DNA from: Mytilus californianus
Lineage: Eukaryota
Direction of reading: 5' to 3'
Length of the DNA stretch: 64,000 nucleotides
NCBI RefSeq assembly: GCF_021869535.1
Contig: NW_026262679.1
Span: 56,544,001 to 56,608,000 of the forward strand
Below are positions 14,401 through 26,400 of the stretch, in pieces. Every line of letters starts with the position of its first letter. The stretch's first letter is position 1. The notes below the pieces were generated by a model, which saw nothing but the letters and a program-made list of their open reading frames with translations, searched no databases and had not been told where the DNA came from. A program made the translations under genes and the position numbers.

Positions 14401-17400
14401 TTTTTTGAATAGTCAAATTATTCGTTTCATAGTTAGAAATATGGGAGTTTCACCAAATTATATCAGTGTTTGTGATAGTATTACTTTCAATGTAGAAGTA
14501 AGCTGCTTTTTTTTTGAATTTATCGATATCCATATTAGTCATTCTATACTTAAGTTATGTCTCGCGACATTACCTTTCACGAACCCTATATCACACTTTT
14601 TTTTCATTCAATAATATCTAGTAAATCTACATTCATTGTCATCTGTTACTGATATGTGTACGGGCGTATCATGCGCTCTTGTCGCTCTTGTCGCAGCCTT
14701 TTTTCTTTTCATTAGTATTATCATTATTTACAGATATATAATCTTTATATTACATGTTCAATTTCAAAATGTCTCACATCTTCATTTAATATGTTTATCA
14801 TTTGTTATATAATTTCAGAAACACATTTACAGCTTTTACAACAATTTGAAGAAGGGATGCGGTTAAATTCCCAGTTAGAATCCAAGGAAAAGGAACTAGA
14901 AGTTTTGCAAGGTACACATATAGAAATTCAGTTCTGTAACCTGTAGTCAAGTATGCGACTGTTGTGTTGTATTACTATCACCTGCATTTTACTTGTCATT
15001 AGAAATACGACTGTTAAGGATGTACTTAAGTGAAATTAAAAAAAATCTAGAATTTAAAATTGATACTATAAGTCAGAAGAGCATTAGTTAAGGAACAAAA
15101 TAAGCTAAACATATTGATAGGTTATGGAGCTCCTTTTCGAGATATTTAATTTTTTTCAATGGCGAGAAAATGCTGGCTTAGACTATTACCTTACATTTGC
15201 ATTGGTATTATTTGGGTCTCAAATCGAAAAAAAAGAAATCTAGAATCTGCTTAAATTTTGGTAAATAAACCTTTTATGAGCTATTGAAGTCTTATATGAA
15301 AAGAAAAATGGGTGTTATGGGGCAAAATATTTTACCCTGTATCTTAGGAAAAAACCAGAGTCCGAACATCTGACAAACATTCCTAAACCAGACCTAAGAA
15401 CATCCTTAAACTAGTGAAACAGGGACTACTTACACATCTGGTTATCTTGATATACACATACTAGATACCAGGATTAAAATGTTGTACGCGTTTCTTCTAC
15501 AAAAGATTCATCAGTGACGCTCAAATCTAAGTTATACCTCGGTATTTGGCGAGAACTGTGCTACTAAATCTTTATTTTTTACTGTGGGTTGTAGACTTTT
15601 TGTTATGTATTTTCGACCTTTTTTCGCATTTTGTTCCTACTTTTTCAACGTTTTTGGTAATCGCAATACAATTTAAACGGTAATCACATTACCAAAACGA
15701 AAAGTTCACTTCGAAAATGTATTTACAAGACATCTAAAAATCATCCCTTTTTTGGACTTTATCCAGATGATCATTTCCCTATTAGAAAAGTTGACTTTTA
15801 TCAAATTAGAACAGTTTGACACACAAAAAAAAATTAAAAACTAAACCCGAAAGTACAGACAAAATCATATAAACCCCTAATCCCTCATTGTTATAATAGT
15901 TGATGACCTCGATTGACATTGAACATGACCTGCAAAATGTTCATACAAAATTCTTTAAAATGGTTACTAGACCTGTTGAACGTTGAAGTTCAGTATGAAC
16001 ATTTGCTAAGACAGTTTTTTCCTCTTATAGTTGATGTGTTTCCCTCGGTTTTAGTTTGTTTGTTACCAGGATTTGTTTTTGCTTAATCGAATTATGACTA
16101 TTGAACAACGGTATACTACTGTTGCCTTTATTTGGCTATTCTGATAATTTTAGGTATGTTTTATGTATGTTATTTGTTATATTTATATGTACGAAATATC
16201 TACTGTAGATGAGGTAGCAAAGGTTAATATTAAAGCAAGGGAACTTACTATAAAATATCATGAATTACCAGAGAAAGAAGTACAGTTTAGAAGGATAGAG
16301 GAAAGTAGCAATTATCTTCGAGGTAATTCTTTTTTCCTTTTATTTCAAATGCAACACCATGAACATATAACGTTTAGGAAAATTATGTTTACTTTTTTCC
16401 TCATTTTCATCAGTAGAAGAAGATGAAAAAGGGCTTTGCCAAACTTAAATTTTAAGACAAGTCTATTAGTCAATTCAAAATATTAGTGTTGTCAAAATAA
16501 AGCAACAATAATATGATATGATAGAAAAACGATAAATAAGAAATATATTGTAATTTGAAGTTGAAAGAAATTTTAAATCTTCATGGATTTAAACTTTCCC
16601 ATTTTCAATTCCAAATTAAAATGAACATAATACTTTATAAATTATATGCATCCGAAGCGTTTTTCTATATTTTCTCGTAAGTTGGGTTTCTGTACACGTT
16701 GTTGCATAAATTGAACAAAACGTTAATATGTTTTCATCTCTTATTAATTCAATATTATAAACATCTTTCAAGACATTTATCAATCTAAATTCAGTTACTG
16801 GTATACCCTTAAACATCAGTTGATATATAGGATTCAATTTGTGGTTATAATCGTTTTAATTCATTGCAGAAGAAAATGCTGAACTTCTGGAGCAAATTAA
16901 AGATGCTAAACGTTTGCAGTCACTAGTGTCAGGTCTCAGAGAACAAAATGAATCATATTTCAAGGATAAGGAATCATTCCGAGGTATATTATATTCATAT
17001 TTATATTACAAATTATTAGCAAATTTAAACTTTTATCCACATGCTGCTTATATTTTTTTATCTTCAAGTTTCAAAAGTTGTCTCCTTGGTTTCAGTTTTG
17101 CATTAATGGAAACATAATTTTAACTTCAACATTGCCGTTTTCGTCGTTATAAAGTTGTACTTTGGTTACGGGGTGAAAAAACACAACTAAATCTGATGAC
17201 TCACAACACGGAATGTATTTATGGATAGCCAGAAAAAAGTGTTAACTAATGGTCAAATCTCCTCCAACGACTATCAGAGAAACATTTTCTACTAATATAT
17301 ATCATTTGACCAGATATTTTCCCATTCTTAACAAAAAAATGTGAAAATAAGATAAAAGCCGCGTGTAATATCTGACTCGAAAATACAAAAATATTAAAAT

Positions 17401-20400
17401 TCTTTAATCTTATAAAAATTATGTTAGTTCTTTTGATAATTGTGTGGTTCAATAAGGACACAGTAGAAAATTAAGGAGTATGTGTTGTCATGTCACTGCA
17501 ATTTGACAAACTTGTTGAAATTGACATATTTGATCTTAAATAGCATTGAACCAAATTAAATACTAGCCAAGGATTAATCCAAATGGATATTTTACTCACA
17601 TTCCAATCTTTGCATAAGATATCTTGTAGCAAATACATGTATATTTACAAGTAAGGCCTGGGCTAAAAAAAGTAGCAAAACATGTATATTTTAGTAAGTC
17701 CTTGGCTCATAAAAAACAAAATTATTTACAACATTAAGTATTTCTTCAGTTTTGAAACAAGTCCACGTAGATTGAAACTTTCAAGCAATTTCGACAAAAT
17801 TTTAAATATAAATATATATACTAATATCTGACTAACTAATGTACAGAAAACACTAATTATGTAGGATACTGCAGTGTCGAATTCAAAAGGCAAAACAAGG
17901 ACTTCATTGTGCCTTCTCGTTTCAGATATATGAAATGGTCACGTCTTCTCGGTTGGATGGTAATCGAAATTCATCTGTGTGCCAAAATTAGCTACTTTTC
18001 ATTACAGACATAAGCATTCTGCTTTGTCCATTTTTTTATAATTTTACTGAATAGGTTGTATCTAATCAGAAGTTGTGCATCATAAAAGATTAGGTTCTAC
18101 TTGCTACTGTGCTTGATCTGTCGATGTCAGTGGGTTCCTTCGTAATATAAATTGATAGCCATTGTAAAATGACCATTGAAATTTTAAGCAAGATATCGAC
18201 ATTATATGGTCTTAGAAGAGTTACAGTTTTACGATCAAACCTAACTTATGTATGACAAATAAATAAATGTTATTATAGTTTCTATTTTTCTCTGTCATAC
18301 TGCTGATGTTTCAGAAAGAAATAAAGTTATGGAGGAAAAATACAGAGAAATTTTACAACAGTATGGTCAACAAATGGGAGAATCGCAAACTTTTATGGGA
18401 CAAAAAGTTAGTTTAAAGACACAACTTAAGCAGAAGAGTGGTAAGCAAAACTCAGGAATCCAATGCAATTCAGTATGGAATAAAATGGTAATCATTGTAT
18501 GCATTTATGTTTCTTCATTTTAAGGCTTTCATTACAGGATTTAGGGACATAAAAACTTGTCAAAATTTCCATGATTGTAATTTAATTCCTCTTTGATGAG
18601 TTTTGACAATCCCAGGGTCGATGCCTCTCTTGGTGGACGTTTCGTCACCGAGGGTATATTTACCAAGTAGTCAGCACTTTTATGCTCAGTACATGAAATA
18701 TCATTGATAAAAAATTGTGTTCATTTTCTGTAACTTTATTGTTAATGAAATGATGAAATATTTAAAACGCTAAGACTTTTTTACCCCCAAGGTAAAGATT
18801 GCTTCAGCTGTAATTGTCACATTTTTCGGTATTTCGGTGATTCATGCTCAGTAACTTCGTATTATTTGATTTGGCTTTGCAATTGACGAGTCGTCTGGCG
18901 TAACATATTATAAGCCTGGTATTTTGGATGAGTGTTTGATACGCTGGAAACGCGTTACTTCCTTATCAGTGGCACTCGATCTAGAACGATCGGAATGCTA
19001 AATAAGTTACGAATTTAAGAAGAATAATTGAAAACTAAAAGTCCTTAAAGACGTGTCAAATCGGACAATGGCCATCTATAGCTAGGGAAGAAAAACCTTT
19101 TTGTTTTAAATGATTTTCAAAATTTATAGATTTATTGAATTTTACGCTGTTGGTGAAATTTCATGTTAGCACATACGTTATGACTATTGGGCTGTTGACA
19201 TACGTTTGGTATAATCAGAGACATATATATGTGTATATATGTCTCTGGTATAATGAAGAAATTGAAAATAAGAAAATATATCGATTGTTTCTACTGCTTT
19301 ATGGTTTCTTGTTTAAAATAATTGGCACAGCTCATGTGCAGTCTGATTAAAATACAGATCCCGTGTCTAAGCTCTGTTAATTATAACATCAGCCAATGAA
19401 ATTTCAGCCTTCAAGTTTTGAAGGTGTGTATGAATTAGACAAAACCAGATGATCCCGAAATGTCTTTAGAACAGAAAAAAGATTAGGACGTTTTCAGATC
19501 CCTGTAAGCAAAGCTAAGACGCACAGGATCTGTATTCTAATCAGATTGAGCTCATGTTTTGCGATGATTAGAAGATCACAACTTTTGTAGTTGAGAATGT
19601 GATTTAAAGATTAGCTAAAAGTTTGATCGCAACGATTTTTTTTATCAGCAGTTAACAATTATTTATCATATGTGTCTTTTTTATACCAAATCTGTATAGT
19701 CATTCCTACCCATAATCCATTGTAGATGAAGTGAACGCTTTGGCCAACAAACTTAAAGAACTTTTTGGTAAGTACATTATTAATTTTCTGTACTCTATTT
19801 CGGTTCAAGACCATATACCGACACCACAATTAGTCGACATAAAATCAAATATTATCGTTGTTATAGATTTAATCCGATGAATGCGAAAGTATCCAGGTGC
19901 GGTCATATTACGTATGAAATAAAAAAAAGAATACTAATTTAATATTTCTGAATAGGAAAACTTGAGTTAATGTGGATTTCAATGTACAATCATTCATTTT
20001 TTCTCCCGAAGTTAAGGATCACAGTTTATTCTAATTTTGATTTATAATAAATATTGCTGAGGAACATAGTTTTAAACTAACCCAACATAACTGATAACAC
20101 AGTGGTCAAAAGATTAACAATCGACATTCCCCTTTACACTACATAAAATTGAGAATGGAAATGGGGATATGTCAAAGAGACAACAACCCGACCAAAGAGC
20201 AGACAACAGCCGAAGGCCACCAATGGGTCTTCAATGCAGCGAGAAAATCCCGCACCCAGAGGTGGTCCTCAGCTGGCCCCTGCCTAAAACTGTGTGCTAG
20301 TTCAGTGAAAATGGACGTCATAAACTCCAAAACATATAAATGAACTAAAATTAAAAAACATACTAGACTAACAAAGGCCAAGACACTCGGAAATCAAATT

Positions 20401-23400
20401 GGAACCAACTGTGCTTCTCCCCTTGCTCCATGTTTGTTAGTAGAATCACTATACATACATGGAATGTCCAGAAGAATAAAAAAGAGCGATCGTTATCCCT
20501 TAATTTCACGATTCGCTATGTAACTGATGATGTCCCTGTACTAAATAAAAGATTTATATCAAAATTGATACTATTCCAAGGCTTCTTGATTTGCTTTTTT
20601 GATGGCTGCTGCTTACAAGGAAGATATTTAACCGAGAGTTCCTAATGGTAAAATCGATGTCCTCTCTTCGGACGCTTACGGAGGATATCATCATTTGTTG
20701 ACCGTTATAAACATTTTGTGAAACATATGATCACGAATGAAACAAAACAAAATACACTTCGGACGTACCAAATTTATGAAGTGTTCTTTTCGTTGTATAT
20801 CACTGGGTCGGTACAACTGCTGGTAGACTAGTCCCCGAATGTATCATCATCTCCGTAATTAATGCTTCTTAAAGACATTACTTATAGCATAGCTTTCTTA
20901 AAATTTTCGTTGATAAATTTATGAATTATCTTAAGAATCTAAGATTTCTATTCCCTAAGAAAATATTTACCTATAGAAAAGCTCGATTTATGTTTTAGTT
21001 GTCTTTGGCTTTGAATTAGCTTTTCTTAGATAGCTATGTTTGTCTTTTGTCTTTATTGTAGTCATCTGTGTGTTCACGTGCTTCGTGCCAGTTTGATGAG
21101 TTTACCGAATTATCAACAATTCTTACAGTTTGTTCTTATGTTGTGTTGTTACACAACTGCCCCAGATAAGAGTGAAGGTTTGGTGCTCAAAAACATGTTT
21201 AACCCACCCACAAACAAATTTTATCATATCGGGAACTTTGATTGCCGACTTACGGTAAGGGGTTTTGCTCATTGTAGAAGGTCGTACGGTGATTTTGACT
21301 TTGGTTAATAGTTGTCTCATTGGAAATCATATCACCTCTCCTACTGTTACATTGTATATTGGCTATTCATTTTAGGTCTCTTTTCGGTCTTATATCTCCC
21401 GTATTAAGTAAATTTACATTCTTGGCTTTCAATTGTTTTGGATTCGGAATCCCTTATGAAGGTAATTCCTGAATAGATCTTCGGTTTCACCAAATTTTTA
21501 AAGTGATATTGTTTATTTTCCATCTTTCGAAGCCGCAGTCCTGAGTGTCATTCATAGATTGATATTTTATTGCATCATTGAATGTGACTTTTAACCGGAG
21601 TTAACTTGGCATAAGCTACTCGGCTGGCGCCATGAATGGAAATGCTTATGTTTTCGGGGTACGAGAGTTTAATCCCGGTTTTTTGGTTTAATAGCTTCAT
21701 GATACTTAATCTTAAGCTTTCTGTTCTGTGGACAATTTCCCCGCTCTTCTAAAGATTTGTTTTTGCTTTAACTATGATGTCGTCTGTTGTTTTCTGATTG
21801 ATGGTTTTGATTGTTTATTTTCTTTTAGTTTCCTATATAATATAATGTGTCGTAGATAGTGCAGAAAACCTTCCGTTTGTCATATTACAATCTCGTTTTC
21901 TGAATTTCTTGTTCATGACTTTCGGGACCACTGATAACGATTAATGTTTTCAATACATTTCGATTTGTACGGTGCACCAAGGTAGGTGTAACTAGTGAGA
22001 AAAACCTGCTTGCCTTTCCGTAATTCACCCAGATAAAGATTCATATTGCTCAATCTTTAATAGTAGATCAAAGGATAACAGGAATTCATAAAAAATATTT
22101 GATAGTACAACAAACTACAAACACACCAACGCCTGACGCCTCTGGACAAAAAAAAACGAACAAACTAAAACCAATAACAATTTTGTCAATATAAAGAACT
22201 ATAAATAACTGTCAAACAAGTGGGAGGTTTAGCTAGCTATAAAACCAGGTTTAACCTACCATTTTTTTTTTTTGGAAAATGGCTGTACCATGTCAGGAAT
22301 ATGGCAGCTGTTCCGTTGATTGATAGCGTTTGATTTTGTCGGTTTTTATGAACTTTCCCTTTTTGAATGTGCCTTAGAGTTCGGTATTTGTGTTATACTT
22401 TTTTGATACAGACACGGAATATTTACTTTCAAATGTTTTATGAACTAATTTTTGTCATTTATCTTTTGCCCATGTATAGTGTTGTCGTTCTTCTTGTGTA
22501 TTTACTTCAATTTTAATTACCTTGTTATTTGTTTGGTTTATATTTTCTTATAAAAATTCTTGTACAAAAAATAATCGCCTAGTAAACATACTTTTAATTT
22601 ACCTGATATACATTTCAAGGCAAAATCTAATTTTTCTAAGTTTCTGTTGATTTATTTAATAGGGAAAGTGCAATATCTAGAAACAGCTTTAACAGAGTCT
22701 CAAAGGGAATTATGGGAAGCAAGATCTCTTTTCCGTCCACAGACAGGTAGGCTTACACTATGTGTAAGGAGTTTATTTCTAATAATTAAAGATCATTCAG
22801 AAAACGATATTTTTAGTCCGTTGTTTGGTTGACTTTCTATCTAACGCCGCAGCTGTCTTTTGTGGTACTCTGACATAACGTTATGTGGTTTAACTTTTAT
22901 GCCCCACCTAGAGGGATTATGTTTTCGGTCTGTGCGTCCGTCCGTTCGTTCGTTCGTCCGTCTGTCCCTCTTCAGGTTAAAGTTTTTGGTAAAGGTAGAT
23001 TTTGATGAAGTTAAAGTCCAATCAACTTGAAACTAAGTACACATGTTACCTATGATATGATCTGTCTATGAGTTTTGACCGCAATTGCACGGTTCACTGA
23101 ACATAGAAAATGATAGTGCGAGTGTGGCATCCGTGTACTTAGACACGTTCTTTGTTACTTGATGATATTTTGTCTTTACATGTCAGATATGGTTTTGACA
23201 TTACTTAGATGTTTTGATATAACTCAAATATGGTATAGTCATTACTTAATGATATTTCAATATTACATGATATTGTTTCGTTTTGACTTGATATGGTTTT
23301 GTCATTACTTATAGTAATATGATTTCAACACTATTTAATGTGGTTTTGTCATTAGGCAATGTAGGTTAACGTATTGTTATTGTTTCATTGTATGATGTGG

Positions 23401-26400
23401 TTTTCTTATTTCGTAATGATGATTTGTCAATTCTATAAATGGCTTTAAGATTACGTAATAATGTTTCAAAATTTGACGATTTTACACTACATGATGTGTT
23501 CGTTCCAGTATTTGATGTGGTTATCACATTACTAGATGAGGTAAAACCACATAGACGCGTGAAAATTTTGGAAAAATAGTTCTATTTTAAAATCCGATTT
23601 CCAAGTCGTTTCTTTAATGAGGCTCGCGGATGAGTGTCGCTATCCATTGGGTTAAAGTTCAAATTAACGTTCGACGTACTGTTCAGAGTTTATATTTGAT
23701 ATGAAAAAAGTACTGAGGGGCATGCGTACATTATCGGGACCGGTACCCCATGGATGGATGACATATGTGCAACGCGGGAGACATTGGAACTATGGAAAAA
23801 TTACAAATACTAAAATCAATTACTATCTTGCCGAAAAGTTGAATGTTAGTAGGTCATTTCTTAAACAACTGATGTTCATGATTCTTTAAACGTCGACATT
23901 CCATAAACAATTTGATTTGTTCATACTACATCTTGCACTTGTGTAAGTTAAAACCGGATATTTGGAATACCGTACTGCGAGCAGCTAATCCAATATAAAA
24001 GGATTGCTTGTGCTTTTTAACTTAAAGACACATTTCATGTACCTTATTTACAAGGCCCTATTAAACAATTTGTATTAGGATTTGAATTTTCAAATATGTT
24101 GATCATGACTGGAGAGATATTGATTGTCGAAATGAGGATCTTGTGCGGTAAAATTAACGCCGTTATTATAATCGTAGTGTTTACTTAAGTCTTGTTATTT
24201 CTATATTTATATTATCATATCTTTAGAAATTGGATAAAATCATTATTTGTATCATATATGAATATGCACCAACTACATTTGAAGTTTGAGGATATTTTCA
24301 TATACATTTCATTAAATACGATTGTTTTACAGATATCAATCAACAAAATTTTCATTTAACAAAAATGTGTTTTACATTTAACATAACTCTGTTTTCCATT
24401 TAACAAAACTATGTTTTACACTTAACAAAACAATGTTTTACATTTAACTAAACTATGTTGCACATTTCAGTAACCGACACCTTTGGTAACTTGGGAAATT
24501 TGAATGCATATACGCATTCATACAATAGAACAATAGCACAAAATGATTCAGGTAGAGTAATGATAAGATGTATTATCAGCTATGACAAAATGAATTATTC
24601 CCTGATTAATGTTTTACTGAAGAGTCATTTTCAAAATGTCTTAAATTTTCATTATCGACTAATGTTCTTTAAGGTTGTTATTTCAATGTTTACGCTTATT
24701 GAATAATTATTGACTAATTATCAGTGCCGGAAGATACCCCAAAACGGCCATTATGAATGATTTTTTCTTGTTTTTATATTTAGTCTTTTTTTTTAAATTA
24801 ATAAAAAATAGAGTAACCAAATCTAATCATTTGCTGTTCGTTAAGCTTTATATATTCTATCATATATTCATTTTGATGAAATTCAATGCAAAATGTTAGA
24901 AATATGTAAAATATGCAATTATGGTTCAAATTTGTCTTCTGCATCAATGTATTGCGCTTAATAGCATATTGGTATTTTTGGGATTACCGATAAAACTTTA
25001 GGTATATTATTCAGCATCGTATATATTCAAAGTCCATCTGGTTCAACCTAATTTTTTTTAACTAATAAATTTGTGAAACAAATTTATAGTTACTGGTCAT
25101 ATCTATTACAATGTACATATTTATTAACTGATTGATTGATTTTTAACGCCACTTTTAGCACTTGACTCTATCTTGGTGGCCATTTTTTATTGGTGGGAGA
25201 AGCCGGTGAGAACCACCGACCTTCGACGGAAAAACTAACAATCCTATCAATAACAACAAGCAGCCATCACATAAACTTTTTGGCAAAGATAAAAACATAA
25301 TTTTTTAGGAGATTTCGATTGGAGAAGAAAGTACTAGTAGTTGGAAAAAAGATAGTTTAAAATTTTCTGAACTATGAATTGCAGATTTTCAAACTTTATT
25401 TCTTAGACAAAAATTAGGCAGTGTGTTGGTGGACGATATCTTAACAATTTAGTAGTAACGGTTAGGACAATTTCGAAAGTTATGCTTTTTCTGTATCAAT
25501 TATAAGACATAAACTTTTTTTCATTTTTCATATGTATAGGATATGCAGACCATTCCCTTAGTCATTCCATGGAAGGAAGAACGAACAATAATGGTAGGTA
25601 AATGTTTTCAAAACTTTCTCAAGTCTTAAACTGGAAAACAAAATGTCATTACATATTGAAATTTTTTTTCGACAAAAGTGATTATTGTGATAGTTTCCTG
25701 AATAAACTTTATAAGGAACACTTTTAGAAGAGAAATACCTAAAAGTTTAAATATTACGGTAGTCGACTGATTTGTTTTTAATATCTCAATAGTCATAGGG
25801 GTTCTTTTCACAAAACATATTACGACAAAAACTGATCGTAACTTATACTGAAATATTGATGACTTCCGAGTTATTTTGTTCACAAGATTTTGCGTGAAAT
25901 GAGTCGTAGCTAATTTGAATGAAAACAATTACAATATCATCAACTCCGAAAGGATTTAAATAAAAAATATCTACATTGAAAGCTAATATGGAACAATACC
26001 CTTAATTCAGCTAACAAGATCTTCAAATAACAACCTCAAGCGAAAAATAATAAGGGTTATTTTTCATTTACAATCACTGAGTCGTTGGCACTGCTGGTGG
26101 TCTTATTTCCCGAGAATATTGCCAATTTAGTAATCATAGTTTCTGTACTGACATAATGTATAACAACTGTTCTAAAATTCCTCTTGGAGAAATTATTCAA
26201 AAACTAAGCGGCCAATACCCACAAGAAAAGTTGACCTCAGCTAACTGTTTATGTCTCTTTCGTTCATATAGTTCCCAATGTTTCTTCGATTTAACATCTC
26301 TGGCTTTCAAATGTTTAGATTGATTGATTGATTGGTTTTTAACGCCACTTTCAACACTATTGCGGTCAGTTTTTATTGGTGGAGGAAGCCTGAGTGCCAG

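Noticed and set aside
24333-24470. Strong alternative acceptor (ttttacag) upstream of exon 16 that keeps frame
   Set aside because: In-frame TAA within the 23-bp repeats; would truncate the protein.
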